From positions 6,299 to 70,298 of the forward strand of contig CAZSNG010000001.1 in assembly GCA_964608345.1 (NCBI GenBank): 64,000 nt of DNA, read 5' to 3'. Shown here one piece after another: positions 9,238 to 19,237 of this stretch; position 1 is the first letter of the stretch; every line of letters starts with the position of its first letter. Origin of the DNA: an uncultured Thermotogae bacterium. GTDB taxonomy: Bacteria; Bipolaricaulota; Bipolaricaulia; UBA7950; UBA9294. A program made the translations under genes and the position numbers. The notes under the pieces are model-generated. The model was not told where the DNA came from and ran no database searches. It saw only the letters and a program-made list of their open reading frames with translations.

Positions 9238-10409
9238 TCCCCTCGGCGCGGCTGGAGGCGGTGACCGAGTTTCCGTTTGCCCGATGGGCGGAGCAGTGCC
9301 GCGCTGCGGAAGCCCGCGGGCTCGACGTGATCCGGCTCGATATTGGGAACCCGGACATGCCACCGCCGGCCGCCGTCATCGAGGCCGCGTGCGCGGCGCT
9401 GCGCACGCCGGTGGTGCACGGCTACCCCGGGTACCGAGGAGCATCCTCGCTGCGCGAGGCGATCTGCGCGCGATACGAGCGACGGTTCGGCGTCGCGCTC
9501 GATCCGGAGAGCCAGGTGGTCTGCCTGCTCGGATCGAAGGAGGGGATCGTGCACCTCCAACAGGCGATCCTCGATCCGGGAGACGCGGTCCTAGTCCCGG
9601 ATCCCGGATACGCACCGTACGCTGCGGGCGCTGGCCTGTCGCGCGCGATGATCGTCCGATTCCCTCTGCAGCGGGCGGACGAGTATCGGCCGGACCTCGA
9701 CGCCATCCCGGCGGAGATCGCGCGGCGGGCGAAAGCCCTCTGGCTCAACTACCCGAACAACCCGACCGGGGCGGCCGCGGACCGAGAGACGTTCGAGCGG
9801 GCGGTCGCCTTCGCTCGTGAATACGGCCTGCTCCTCTGCCACGATGCACCGTACGCCGAGGTTCGTTTCGACGGGAGCGGTCCGGTGAGCGCCCTCCAGG
9901 TTCCCGGCGCCCCCGATGTGACGGTCGAGTTCAACTCCCTGTCGAAGACGTTCAACATGGCTGGCTGGAGGATCGGATACGCGGTCGGCCATCCCGACGC
10001 GATCCGCCTGCTGAGACGGATGAAGTCGAACGTCGACTCGGGGATGTTCCTTCCGCTGCAGCGGGCCGCCGAAGCGGCGTTGCGTACGGACGACGCGTGG
10101 ATCGCAGAGAGGAACGCGATCTATCTCGAGAGGCTCGGTATCCTGGCCGCCGCGCTCTCCGCGGCGGGGCTCGCAACGGCGGTCCCGAAGGCGACGCACT
10201 ACCTGTGGAGCCGGATTCCCGATGGCGAAGTCGCGGAGACGTTCGCGCTCCGGCTGCTCGACGAAGCAGGGATCGCCGTTGCGCCGGGAACCTTCTTCGG
10301 GCCGGGCGGCGAGGGGTTCGTGCGCGTCTCCGCCACCGCTGCGACCGATCGCGCCCGGGAGGCCGGCGCACGATTGCTCGACTGGGCGCGGGGTGCGCGG
10401 GCGTCGTAG
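9234..10409 (+). CDS. Class-I PLP-dependent aminotransferase (probable aromatic/prephenate aminotransferase)
   Basis: Carries NYPNNPTG and [15 protein letters not shown], with the PLP-lysine motif. It is the last coupled gene of the aromatic operon and its GTG overlaps the aroQ stop. Confidence 0.8.
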   Translation: MIPSARLEAVTEFPFARWAEQCRAAEARGLDVIRLDIGNPDMPPPAAVIEAACAALRTPVVHGYPGYRGASSLREAICARYERRFGVALDPESQVVCLLGSKEGIVHLQQAILDPGDAVLVPDPGYAPYAAGAGLSRAMIVRFPLQRADEYRPDLDAIPAEIARRAKALWLNYPNNPTGAAADRETFERAVAFAREYGLLLCHDAPYAEVRFDGSGPVSALQVPGAPDVTVEFNSLSKTFNMAGWRIGYAVGHPDAIRLLRRMKSNVDSGMFLPLQRAAEAALRTDDAWIAERNAIYLERLGILAAALSAAGLATAVPKATHYLWSRIPDGEVAETFALRLLDEAGIAVAPGTFFGPGGEGFVRVSATAATDRAREAGARLLDWARGARAS

Positions 10410-10559
10410 AACCTCCAGAGTCGGGAGCCTAACCGTGGCTTTCGCGTCACGGGTGGACAGGCGCGCCGCTCGTCCGCGAGAATGTCGTACGATGCGTGAC
10501 GCAGATCGCGTTCCCGGCGAACGGGAAGGCGCTCCGCGTGCGTGGGAACAGGAGGATTC

Positions 10560-11537
10560 ATGACGCTACTGCTGGCGAGGGACGAAGTTGCACAGGTGCT
10601 CGGAATGGCCGACTGCATCGACGTGGTCGAGAAGGCGTTCGCCGAGTTGGCCTCCGACACGGCCGTGTTGCCGCTGCGGATCGGGATCAAGCCGCCGGGC
10701 GGCATTTCGCTCTACATGCCGGCGTATCTGAAGGACCTCGGCGCGCTCGCGTGCAAGGTCGTCACGGTCTACAAGGACAACCCGAGCAAGCACGGCATGC
10801 CGACGACGATCGGCAAGGTGCTGCTGCAGGATCCGGACACCGGAGACGTGACCTGCATCATGGACGGCGGGTATCTCACGGCCGTGAGAACCGGTGCCGT
10901 CTCCGGCGTGGCGACCAAGTACCTCGCGCGCAAGGCCGATGGTCTGGTCGCCGGTGTCTTTGGTGCCGGCGTTCAGGCACGGATGCAGCTGCGCGCGGTC
11001 GCCGCCGTGCGCGTGCTGGGCCGCGCCATCTTGTACGACCCGTCGCCCGAGGCGATCGACGGCTTCCTCGAGGCGCTCGCCGACCTCGGCCTCGACATCG
11101 AACGAGCGGAATCGGCCGAGGCAGTCCTCGATCAGGCGGACATCCTGTGTGCCGCAACATCGTCGCCTACGCCGCTGTTTGACGGGAGCCTCGTCCGGCC
11201 GGGAACGCACATCAACGGCATCGGCAGCCACACGCCGAACGCGCGCGAGTTGGACACCGAAATCGTCCGGCGATCGAAGTTCGTCGCCGATTCCGCCGAG
11301 GCTTGCCTCAGCGAGGCGGGCGATCTGATGATCCCGATTGAGGAGGGCGCGATCACCGCGGGTCACATCCACGCGGATCTCGGCGAGATCGTGCTCGGCC
11401 GGAAGCCGGCGCGCGAGACCGACGACGAGATCACCGTGTTCAAGTCTGTCGGCCTCGCGATCCAGGACGTGGCGACGGCCAAGCTCGTCTACGATCGGGC
11501 CGTCGAGGTGGGGATCGGAACCGAGGTCGATCTCTAG
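10560..11537 (+). CDS. Ornithine cyclodeaminase / mu-crystallin family protein
   Basis: Similar to OCD/mu-crystallin along its full length, including the Rossmann region VAGVFGAGVQARMQL. RBS GGAGGA lies upstream. Confidence 0.8.
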   Translation: MTLLLARDEVAQVLGMADCIDVVEKAFAELASDTAVLPLRIGIKPPGGISLYMPAYLKDLGALACKVVTVYKDNPSKHGMPTTIGKVLLQDPDTGDVTCIMDGGYLTAVRTGAVSGVATKYLARKADGLVAGVFGAGVQARMQLRAVAAVRVLGRAILYDPSPEAIDGFLEALADLGLDIERAESAEAVLDQADILCAATSSPTPLFDGSLVRPGTHINGIGSHTPNARELDTEIVRRSKFVADSAEACLSEAGDLMIPIEEGAITAGHIHADLGEIVLGRKPARETDDEITVFKSVGLAIQDVATAKLVYDRAVEVGIGTEVDL

Positions 11538-11674
11538 GTCTCCGGGCCGGGCGCTTCGTCTGAGGGCCGTGTCCTCGACAGAGCCGAGACGACGAGGGCC
11601 GCACGCCGGTTTGCCGCCGAATCGTGATTCGGAGATGCTGTAGATCGCGCAGAACCGCGTGAACCATCAGGGAA

Positions 11675-14233
11675 GTGGTGGGCATGCTTCGCGTCCTCGG
11701 ACTCACGATTGCACTCCTCGCGCTCGGCGCGGCGCTCGTCATCTTCGACGTCGTGCACCGCCCGCTTCCGGACCACGACGGCACCCTCGTGCTAGACGGC
11801 CTTCGGGCGTCGGTTGAGGTCCTTCGCGATGCGCAAGGGGTGCCCCACGTCTTCGCGTCGAACATGCACGATCTCTTCTTCGCGCAGGGGTTCGTGCAGG
11901 CGCAGGATCGCTGGTGGCAGATGGAGTTTTGGCGTCACACGGCGAGCGGGACGTTGTGCGAGCTGGTCGGGCGTAGCGACGCCGCGCTGCGAGCCGATCT
12001 GCTCATCCGGACACTCGGATGGCGGCGGGTCGCGGAGGCCGAAGCCGCAGCGCTCGACGCGACCACCGGCGAGTGGCTCCGGGCGTTCTCCGACGGCGTG
12101 AACGCCTACATCGGCGGCCGGGCACCGAGCGAGTTGGCGCTGGAGTACCTCGTGCTCGGCCTCACCGGGATTGACTTCGACGTCGCACCGTGGACCCCGG
12201 TCGATACCCTCGTCTTCGCCAAGCTGATGGCGTGGGACATGGGCCTGGAAGAGAGCAAGGACGTGCTGCGCGCTGCGCTGTACGAACGGATCGGCCCGGA
12301 GATGACCGACGCGTGGCTGACGCCGCCGTGGCCGTACGACGAACGGCCGACGATCGTGCAGCCGGCAGACCTGCCGGACGCATCAAGTGCACCGGCCGAG
12401 TCCACCGGCCGAACGCCTCCGGCGGTCGGCTCGACGGCGTTTCGGAGGCAGGCGTGGGACAGCGTCGGGGCCACGATCGGCACCGGCCCGGGCGGAGGGA
12501 CGAACGCGTGGGCGGTCGGCGGGGCCTGGACGGCGAGCGGCCGGCCGCTGCTGGCGAACGACACGCACTTGGGAATCCAGCTTCCGACGGTCTGGTACGA
12601 GATCGGTCTGCACTGCTCCGCCGGTGTCGATCCGGCGTTCGACGTCGTTGGCTTCGCCTTCCCCGCGTCGCTCGGCGTCGTTGTCGGGCACAACGGGACC
12701 ATTGCCTGGGCGATCTCGAACGCGTTCCCCGACGTTCACGACGCCTACCGCCTCCGAATCAACCCGGACGACCCGCTGCAGTACGAGTGGAACGGTTCCT
12801 GGCGGGACGTGACGGTCCGCGAGGAGGTCATCGCGTTCGGCGACGGATCGGAGCCGGTCGTGATCCGGGTTCGCGAGACGCACCTCGGCCCGATCACGAC
12901 GGACAACCGCCTCGATCCGGCGACCGGAAGGATTTCGGGCTTCGCAAACGAAGAGCCGCTTGCGCAGCGGTGGACGGCCCTCGATCCGGGGACGGTCTCG
13001 AGAGCCGTCGTTGCCATCGATCGCGCCGAGGACTGGGAGGCGTTCCGCGATGCGTTGCGCGACTGGGACGTCCCTGCGCAGCACTTCGTCTACGCGGACA
13101 CGGAGGGGAACATCGGCTACCAGCTGGCCGGGCGCATCCCCATCCGCGCCGGGGACTTCGACGGGATGGTTCCGACGATTGGGTGGACGGACACGCACGA
13201 GTGGGCCGGATTCGTCCCGTTCGACCTCCTTCCCCACGTGCTGAACCCGGAGAGTGGTGTCGTGGTCGCGGCGAATCACGCAGCGGTTCCGCCTTCGTAC
13301 TCAGGCTTCCTCGCGGATCACCTGGGAGAGGGGCTCAACTACGCGTTCAACGGCGAAATCGACTACGCCTACCGCGCGGCGCGGATCCATGAGCTACTGA
13401 CCGCCGAAACACCGCACTCGGTCGAGAGCTTCCAGGCGATGCAGGCCGACACGAAGCTGCTCTCCGCCGACGAGATTCTGCCGGTTCTCGCGGATCTCCC
13501 GCTCGACGGTATCTCTGCCGAGGCGCGGGACTGGCTGCTTGCGTGGGACGGCCGCTTCGATCCGTCGAGCGCGCGTGCGCTCCTGTACGCGTTGCTGTGG
13601 GACGCGCTGGTCCGGAACGTCTTCGCCGACGAGCTCGGCACCGACGCGCAGCTCGTCGGTGGGGATCGCGAGATGTGGGCGATCCGATGCCTGCTCGACG
13701 TCCCGGAGCACCGTTGGTGGGATGATGTGGAGACCGGGGACGTCGTCGAGGTGCGGGACGACATCTTCCGGCGGTCGTTCGCGGAGGCGTGGGCCGCGGC
13801 GACCGAACGATTCGGTGCGGATCGGTCGTGCTGGTCGTGGGGATGCGTCCACACGGCAACGTTCGTCAGCAAGCCGCTCGGCCAGAGCGGCATCGGGATC
13901 TTCGAGACCCTCGTCAACCGAGGGCCGATCCCGGTGGGTGGGATGACTGACACGATCTCCAATACCCGCTGGAACGTCTCCGCCGGGACGTTCGATGTGA
14001 AGAGCATTCCCGCGATGCGGATGGTCGTCGATCTCGCCGACCTGTCACGCTCCGTGGCGATCCACTCGACCGGACAGAGCGGCCACCCGTTTTCAGTGGA
14101 CTACGACGACATGATCGCGGACTGGCAGGCGGCCCGTGGGGCTCCGATGCTGTGGATGCGCGAGGAGATCGAGGACGCGGCCGTCGATCGCCTGATCCTC
14201 CGTCCGCCGAACCGAATCGGCTCCGGCGTGTAA
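11675..14233 (+). CDS. Penicillin acylase family (S45 Ntn-hydrolase) protein with N-terminal signal/TM segment
   Basis: 852 aa. The GVPHVFASNMHDLFFAQGFVQAQDRWWQMEF motif block is typical of penicillin G / AHL acylases. Confidence 0.8.
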   Translation: MVGMLRVLGLTIALLALGAALVIFDVVHRPLPDHDGTLVLDGLRASVEVLRDAQGVPHVFASNMHDLFFAQGFVQAQDRWWQMEFWRHTASGTLCELVGRSDAALRADLLIRTLGWRRVAEAEAAALDATTGEWLRAFSDGVNAYIGGRAPSELALEYLVLGLTGIDFDVAPWTPVDTLVFAKLMAWDMGLEESKDVLRAALYERIGPEMTDAWLTPPWPYDERPTIVQPADLPDASSAPAESTGRTPPAVGSTAFRRQAWDSVGATIGTGPGGGTNAWAVGGAWTASGRPLLANDTHLGIQLPTVWYEIGLHCSAGVDPAFDVVGFAFPASLGVVVGHNGTIAWAISNAFPDVHDAYRLRINPDDPLQYEWNGSWRDVTVREEVIAFGDGSEPVVIRVRETHLGPITTDNRLDPATGRISGFANEEPLAQRWTALDPGTVSRAVVAIDRAEDWEAFRDALRDWDVPAQHFVYADTEGNIGYQLAGRIPIRAGDFDGMVPTIGWTDTHEWAGFVPFDLLPHVLNPESGVVVAANHAAVPPSYSGFLADHLGEGLNYAFNGEIDYAYRAARIHELLTAETPHSVESFQAMQADTKLLSADEILPVLADLPLDGISAEARDWLLAWDGRFDPSSARALLYALLWDALVRNVFADELGTDAQLVGGDREMWAIRCLLDVPEHRWWDDVETGDVVEVRDDIFRRSFAEAWAAATERFGADRSCWSWGCVHTATFVSKPLGQSGIGIFETLVNRGPIPVGGMTDTISNTRWNVSAGTFDVKSIPAMRMVVDLADLSRSVAIHSTGQSGHPFSVDYDDMIADWQAARGAPMLWMREEIEDAAVDRLILRPPNRIGSGV

Positions 14234-14265
14234 GTCTCCCGAACCCACCCACGGAGGCGATACGC

Positions 14266-16386
14266 ATGCAGCGCCGCATTGTCTGGTCCGTTTTCGTCGT
14301 CACGTTGGGATGGCTCGTCGCGCTCTCCGTCGGCACGTTCGCCGACGGGGTCATCCTTCCGGATCACCCCGAGCTCGGCTGGCTATCAGTCGTCTATCAC
14401 GATGTGGAGGTGACGATCCGCGACGGAGTCGTCACGACGCACGTCGATCAGCTGTTCCGCAACGAGACCGGTCGGGACCTGGAGGGCCGTTACGTCTTCC
14501 CGCTCTCCCCGGGTGCGGTCGTGTCGAGCTTCACGATGTGGATCGACGGCGAGGCACTCGAAGCGCGGATCCTCGACGCCGACGAGGCGCGGGCGATCTA
14601 CGAGGACTACGTTCGCCGGGCGATCGACCCGGCGCTCCTTGAGTACATCGGTCGCGACACGCTGTCGGCGCGGATCTTCCCGATCCCGGCCGGCGGCGAG
14701 CGTCGGATCGAGATCACCTACTCCGAACTGCTGTCGCCGGAGAGCGGAACGTACCGCTACCGGTATCCACTGGACACCGAGCGCTTCTCGGCGAAGCCGC
14801 TCGAGCGGGTGACGATCGCCGTCGACCTGCAGACGAGCGGGCAGCTGTCGGCGATCTACTCCCCGACGCACCCCCTCGATGTGGTCCGGTCGGCCCGGGA
14901 CGCTGCGACGGCCCGGTACGTTGCGTCGTACGTTCGCCCCTCGCAGGACTTCCTCCTGTACTACGCCGTGACCACCGAGGCGATGGGGATGACGGTCTTG
15001 ACGTACCGGATCCCCGGCGAGGACGGCACGTTCCTGCTGATCGCGACGCCGCCCGACCTCGACACGGCGACGATCCCGAAGGACCTGGTGTTCGTCCTCG
15101 ATACGTCGGGGAGCATGAGTGGGCAGAAGATCGCCCAGGCGAAGGAGGCGCTCCGATTCGTCCTCGAGAACCTGAATCCGGAGGATCGGTTCGCGGTGAT
15201 CAGCTTCTCCGACACCAGCGCCGCGCTGTCGACGCAACTCCAGACGGTCTCGGCGGAGACGGTCTCGCAAGCAACGTCGTGGGCTTCGAGGATCGTCGCG
15301 GCCGGCGGGACGAATATCGACGAGGCGCTATCGCTGGCCCTCTCCGTGTTCGAGGAGAACGACCGTCCGCGGTTCCTCGTCTTCCTCACCGACGGCGAGC
15401 CAACGGTCGGAGAGGTCGATCCGGTCGTGATCGCGAGGCATGCTGTGGAGGCGAACGTCACCGATGCGCGGCTGTTCGTGTTCGGCGTCGGCAACGACGT
15501 GAACACGATCCTCCTCGATCAGCTGGCGCAGGAGAACCGGGGGACGACGACCTACGTCCTCCCCGGCGAGAACCTCGAGGTCGCGATCTCGGGCTTCTAC
15601 CGCAAGATCGCCTCGCCGTTGCTGGCCGACACGCAGCTGGTAATCGACGGCGTGGAAGCGTACGACGTTCATCCGACCGTCCTGTCGGACGTCTTCCGTG
15701 GGACCCAGCTCGTTGTGCTCGGCCGCTACCGCGGCGAGGGGGACGCGCGCGTTACCGTGTCAGGGAGCGCCGGCGGGGTTGCCACGGCGTACACGACGGT
15801 TCAATCCTTCCCCGGCGCATCGCTCGAGAATCCGTTCCTCCCACGGCTGTGGGCGGGACGGAAGGTCTCCTATCTGTTGAACCAGATCCGCCTGTACGGC
15901 GAGAGTGACGAGCTCGTCGACGAGGTCGTCCGCCTCAGCCGACGGTACGGCATCATCACACCGTACACGTCGTTCCTCATCGACACGGACGACTACGACG
16001 CCGAAGAGGCGGCCGACGCCGTTCGCGAAGCGGCCGCCGCTCCGGCCACCGGGACGAGCGCCGTCGCGGGGGCATCGTCGCTCAAGAACCTCTCCGAAGC
16101 GGAGACGGTGCAATCGGGTGTTGAGGGAGTACGCATTGTCGACGATCGGACGTACTTCGTCCGCGACGGAGCCTGGGTCGATAGCGAATACGCCGAGCAG
16201 CCGACGATCGACGTCGTTCTGTTCAGCGGGGCCTACTTCGAGCTGTCGGAGATTGTGCCGTGGATCGCCCCGCACCTGGCGATCGGGCAGAAGGTCGTCG
16301 TGCGCGTCGGTGACGTCTTCTTGCGGATCGGGGAGGAAGGTGCAACCGAGCTGACCGCGGAGATCGTCGAGGCCCTGTCCTCGTAG
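14266..16386 (+). CDS. VIT domain plus von Willebrand factor A (VWA) domain protein, secreted or membrane-anchored
   Basis: An N-terminal hydrophobic segment is followed by a VIT domain and then a VWA domain with MIDAS motif DTSGSM. RBS GGAGG lies 9 nt upstream of the ATG. Confidence 0.8.
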   Translation: MQRRIVWSVFVVTLGWLVALSVGTFADGVILPDHPELGWLSVVYHDVEVTIRDGVVTTHVDQLFRNETGRDLEGRYVFPLSPGAVVSSFTMWIDGEALEARILDADEARAIYEDYVRRAIDPALLEYIGRDTLSARIFPIPAGGERRIEITYSELLSPESGTYRYRYPLDTERFSAKPLERVTIAVDLQTSGQLSAIYSPTHPLDVVRSARDAATARYVASYVRPSQDFLLYYAVTTEAMGMTVLTYRIPGEDGTFLLIATPPDLDTATIPKDLVFVLDTSGSMSGQKIAQAKEALRFVLENLNPEDRFAVISFSDTSAALSTQLQTVSAETVSQATSWASRIVAAGGTNIDEALSLALSVFEENDRPRFLVFLTDGEPTVGEVDPVVIARHAVEANVTDARLFVFGVGNDVNTILLDQLAQENRGTTTYVLPGENLEVAISGFYRKIASPLLADTQLVIDGVEAYDVHPTVLSDVFRGTQLVVLGRYRGEGDARVTVSGSAGGVATAYTTVQSFPGASLENPFLPRLWAGRKVSYLLNQIRLYGESDELVDEVVRLSRRYGIITPYTSFLIDTDDYDAEEAADAVREAAAAPATGTSAVAGASSLKNLSEAETVQSGVEGVRIVDDRTYFVRDGAWVDSEYAEQPTIDVVLFSGAYFELSEIVPWIAPHLAIGQKVVVRVGDVFLRIGEEGATELTAEIVEALSS

Positions 16387-16446
16387 CCTCCTCGCATACC
16401 GAGCCGGGCTCTCGCTCCCCACGGCGGGGCCCGGCGCGGATCTCCC

Positions 16447-17568
16447 TCAGGCGGCGGCTCCCTCGAGTGCCTGCCCGAGGTCGGCGAAGAGATCGTCAAC
16501 CGGCTCGAGGCCGACGGAGAGCCGGACCAGGCTGTCGGAGATCCCGGCCTCCGACCGCTCCGCTTCGCTCATCGAGGCGTGTGTGTTCGTCACCGACTGG
16601 TTGGCAAGCGTCGTGACGCCCCCGAGGCTCGTGGCCAGCTTGATCGTGCGGAGCCGATCCATGAACCGCGCCGTTCCCGCGTGGTCCGTCGCCAACTCGA
16701 ACGAAACCATCCCGCCGAAGCCGCTCATCTGCCGCGCGGCGAGCGCGTGGTCGGGGTGGCTCGCCAATCCAGGGTAGTGGACGGCGCGAACGCCCGGCTG
16801 ATCGGCGAGCCAACCGGCGATCCTCCCCGCGGACTCGTTCTGCCGCGCGACGCGCACCTCGAGCGTCTGCAGGCCCCGCCAGACGAGATACGCCTGTGTC
16901 GGATCGAGCACGCCGCCGAGCATCCGGCGCAGCATCCAGATGCGATGCGCCGTCTCCGTGTCGCAGCAGGCGAAGCCGGCCGTCACATCGTGGTGGCCGC
17001 CGAGGTACTTCGTCGCGCTGTGGAGCACGACATCGACGCCGAGGTCGCTCGGGCGCAGGTTGACCGGGGAGGCGAACGTCGCGTCGAGGAGGGCGATCGA
17101 ACCGCCCTCGTGCGCGGCCGCCGCCAGCGTCTCGACGTCGAGGATCCGCAGTAGCGGGTTCATCGGCGACTCCAGATAGAGCACGGCCGCGCCGCGGCGC
17201 AGCCGGTCGATGCACGCCGGCGCGTCGTCGGGGGTAAACAACGTTGTCGGAACGCCGATCGCCGGAAGGAAGTCGGAGAGGAACCGCACCGTCTCGCCGT
17301 ACGTTGCCGTCGCGACGACGTGGTCGCCCGGCGTGACGTGCGCGAGGAGCGACGTGGTGATCGCCGCCATCCCCGAGGCGAAGGCGACCGATTCCTCGGT
17401 GCCCTCGAGCATCGCGAGGCGACGCTCGACTTCGCGGACGGTTGGGTTGTCCCAGCGGGAGTAGACGTAGCCGCTGCGATGCTGCACGACGTCGATCAGA
17501 TCGGCCGTGCTCTCGAAGCGGTACGTGGCGGAGTGGACGATCGGCGGAACGACAGGCTCACCCTTCAT
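16447..17568 (-). CDS. Cystathionine gamma-synthase / gamma-lyase family PLP enzyme (Cys/Met metabolism)
   Basis: 373 aa of the CGS/CBL/MGL family. The PLP-lysine region reads HSATKYLGGHHD. RBS GGAGG is present. Confidence 0.85.
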   Translation of the reverse strand: MKGEPVVPPIVHSATYRFESTADLIDVVQHRSGYVYSRWDNPTVREVERRLAMLEGTEESVAFASGMAAITTSLLAHVTPGDHVVATATYGETVRFLSDFLPAIGVPTTLFTPDDAPACIDRLRRGAAVLYLESPMNPLLRILDVETLAAAAHEGGSIALLDATFASPVNLRPSDLGVDVVLHSATKYLGGHHDVTAGFACCDTETAHRIWMLRRMLGGVLDPTQAYLVWRGLQTLEVRVARQNESAGRIAGWLADQPGVRAVHYPGLASHPDHALAARQMSGFGGMVSFELATDHAGTARFMDRLRTIKLATSLGGVTTLANQSVTNTHASMSEAERSEAGISDSLVRLSVGLEPVDDLFADLGQALEGAAA

Positions 17569-17874
17569 TGGAACCTCCGTGGACGGCTGACCTCGCCGGG
17601 GGGCTATACCGCACCGTACGTCTCCGCGGCGGTGTCGTCAATCGGGGCTGCGGGGCTTCACAGTCGGGGGCTGCCGATCAAGGCCTCACACGTTGCTCGC
17701 TGGACCGCCTGCCGCTGTTCGAAGCAACGGAAGCGATGCGAGGCGGGGCGAGAGGACGCGGGTCGGCTGCCGACCCGCCTGACAGTGAGCGTGCGGGTCA
17801 TGCGGTCGTTGCGATCCGCTTCGTCGCCGAGGCGAAGTTGCTGCTCCCCGGTGCACTCGCTACGATGCGTGCGG

Positions 17875-17903
17875 ATCCGCGATGCGAGCATCGCATCGCG
17901 GAC
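17875..17903 (+). promoter_or_regulatory. Perfect 13-bp inverted repeat TCCGCGATGCGA-gca-TCGCATCGCGGA immediately upstream of the DUF4389 gene start
   Basis: Seen in sequence 14 nt upstream of ATG 17917, abutting the RBS region. It is either a candidate operator or a structured 5' leader. Confidence 0.4.
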
Positions 17904-17916
17904 AGGGGGCCAAGGG

Positions 17917-19227
17917 ATGAGTGCAGGCAGGGTCGTTGGAGTGATTGTGGGAAGTTTGATCCTGGTCGTTGGGATCGGGCTGTTGTTCGGCGGAGGGGCA
18001 CTGGTTGGAGTTGATCGTGGGTTCACTGACGCCGAGGGGTTTCTGACGGTACCGTCGTCCGATCTCGAACGGGACACGTATGCCGTGGCGGCGAAGGCGG
18101 TCTTCGAGGGGGAGTGGATCTGGTGGTACCGGCATCCGACCACGGTACGGATCCGGATGACCGGCGAGCAACCTGTCTTCCTCGGGATTGCCCCGCGCGC
18201 CGATCTCGAAGCCTACTTGTCCGACGTCTCCTATTCGGAGATCGAGGACATCGACTTCGACGACTATCACAAGGATCGTGTGTGGACGACCGAGTATGCA
18301 GATCACATTGGCCCAAACGCGCCGGCGTCTCCGACCGATCAAACGTTCTGGCACGCCAGCGTCCAGGGTGAGGGGACGCAGACGCTGATCTGGACGATCG
18401 AGCCCGGCGACTGGATGCTGGTCGTGATGAATGCCGATGGATCTCGGGGGATCGAGATGAGCGGGACCGTCGGCGCCGAGACCCCGTGGCTGCTCGCTGT
18501 TGGGATTGGCGTCCTCGCTGCTGGCGTCCTGCTGACCGCGATTGGGCTGGTCTTGGTGCTGTTCGTCGCGCGCCGTTCGCGGACCACGGAACCGCAAGAA
18601 GCGGCAGAACCGCAACCAGTTCCATCCGGCGGCTTCCCGCTCACGTTCAAGGCGGAGATGGACGCGTCGCTGTCCCCGGCGCTCTGGCTGGTGAAGTGGT
18701 TCCTCTTGATTCCCCATTTCATCGTGCTGCCGTTCCTCTGGTGCGGATTCGCCGTTTCTTGGTTCCTGTCGTTGTTCGCGATCCTGTTCACCGGTCGATA
18801 TCCGCGGGGACTGTTCGACTACAACGTCGGCGTGATGCGTTGGTCGTGGCGCGTCGCCTTCTACGGCTACGAGGCGCTTGGGACGGATCGGTACCCGCCG
18901 TTCACCCTGAAGGCCGGCGGCTATCCGGCCGACCTCGACGTGCACTATCCAGAGAGGCTCTCGCGCGGACTGGTTCTGGTGAAGTGGTGGCTGCTGGCGA
19001 TTCCGCACTACATTGTCACTGGGATCTTCCAAGGCGGCGCCGGCTTCGAGAAGTTCGGGCTCATCTTCATCCTGACGATCTTCGCTGCCGTCACGCTGCT
19101 GTTCACCGGCCGGTATCCGAAGGACATCTTCCGAATGGTTGTCGGCATGAACCGGTGGACGCTTCGTCTCTGGGCCTACGTCGCGTTGATGACTGACGAG
19201 TATCCGCCGTTTCGGTGGGAGGAGTAG
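17917..19227 (+). CDS. Membrane protein with N-terminal extracytoplasmic domain and two DUF4389 repeats
   Basis: Starts MSAGRVVGVIVGSLILVVGIG. The module KWFLLIPHFIVLP...FTGRYP occurs twice. The long upstream extension in the ORF track is antisense to the CGS gene and is rejected. Confidence 0.7.
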   Translation: MSAGRVVGVIVGSLILVVGIGLLFGGGALVGVDRGFTDAEGFLTVPSSDLERDTYAVAAKAVFEGEWIWWYRHPTTVRIRMTGEQPVFLGIAPRADLEAYLSDVSYSEIEDIDFDDYHKDRVWTTEYADHIGPNAPASPTDQTFWHASVQGEGTQTLIWTIEPGDWMLVVMNADGSRGIEMSGTVGAETPWLLAVGIGVLAAGVLLTAIGLVLVLFVARRSRTTEPQEAAEPQPVPSGGFPLTFKAEMDASLSPALWLVKWFLLIPHFIVLPFLWCGFAVSWFLSLFAILFTGRYPRGLFDYNVGVMRWSWRVAFYGYEALGTDRYPPFTLKAGGYPADLDVHYPERLSRGLVLVKWWLLAIPHYIVTGIFQGGAGFEKFGLIFILTIFAAVTLLFTGRYPKDIFRMVVGMNRWTLRLWAYVALMTDEYPPFRWEE

Positions 19228-19237
19228 CTGGCGCGGT

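Noticed and set aside
17569-17800. Possible SAM (S-box) riboswitch upstream of the CGS/metB-like gene
   Set aside because: The minus-strand leader lacks the conserved SAM-I/SAM-IV core (GAGGGA ... kink-turn). Only a generic GC hairpin (GCGGGTCGG-ctg-CCGACCCGC) is present.
17320-17916. N-terminal 199-aa extension of the DUF4389 ORF
   Set aside because: It is antisense to the well-supported cystathionine gamma-synthase gene and low-complexity. A proper ATG with a hydrophobic N-terminus occurs at 17917.
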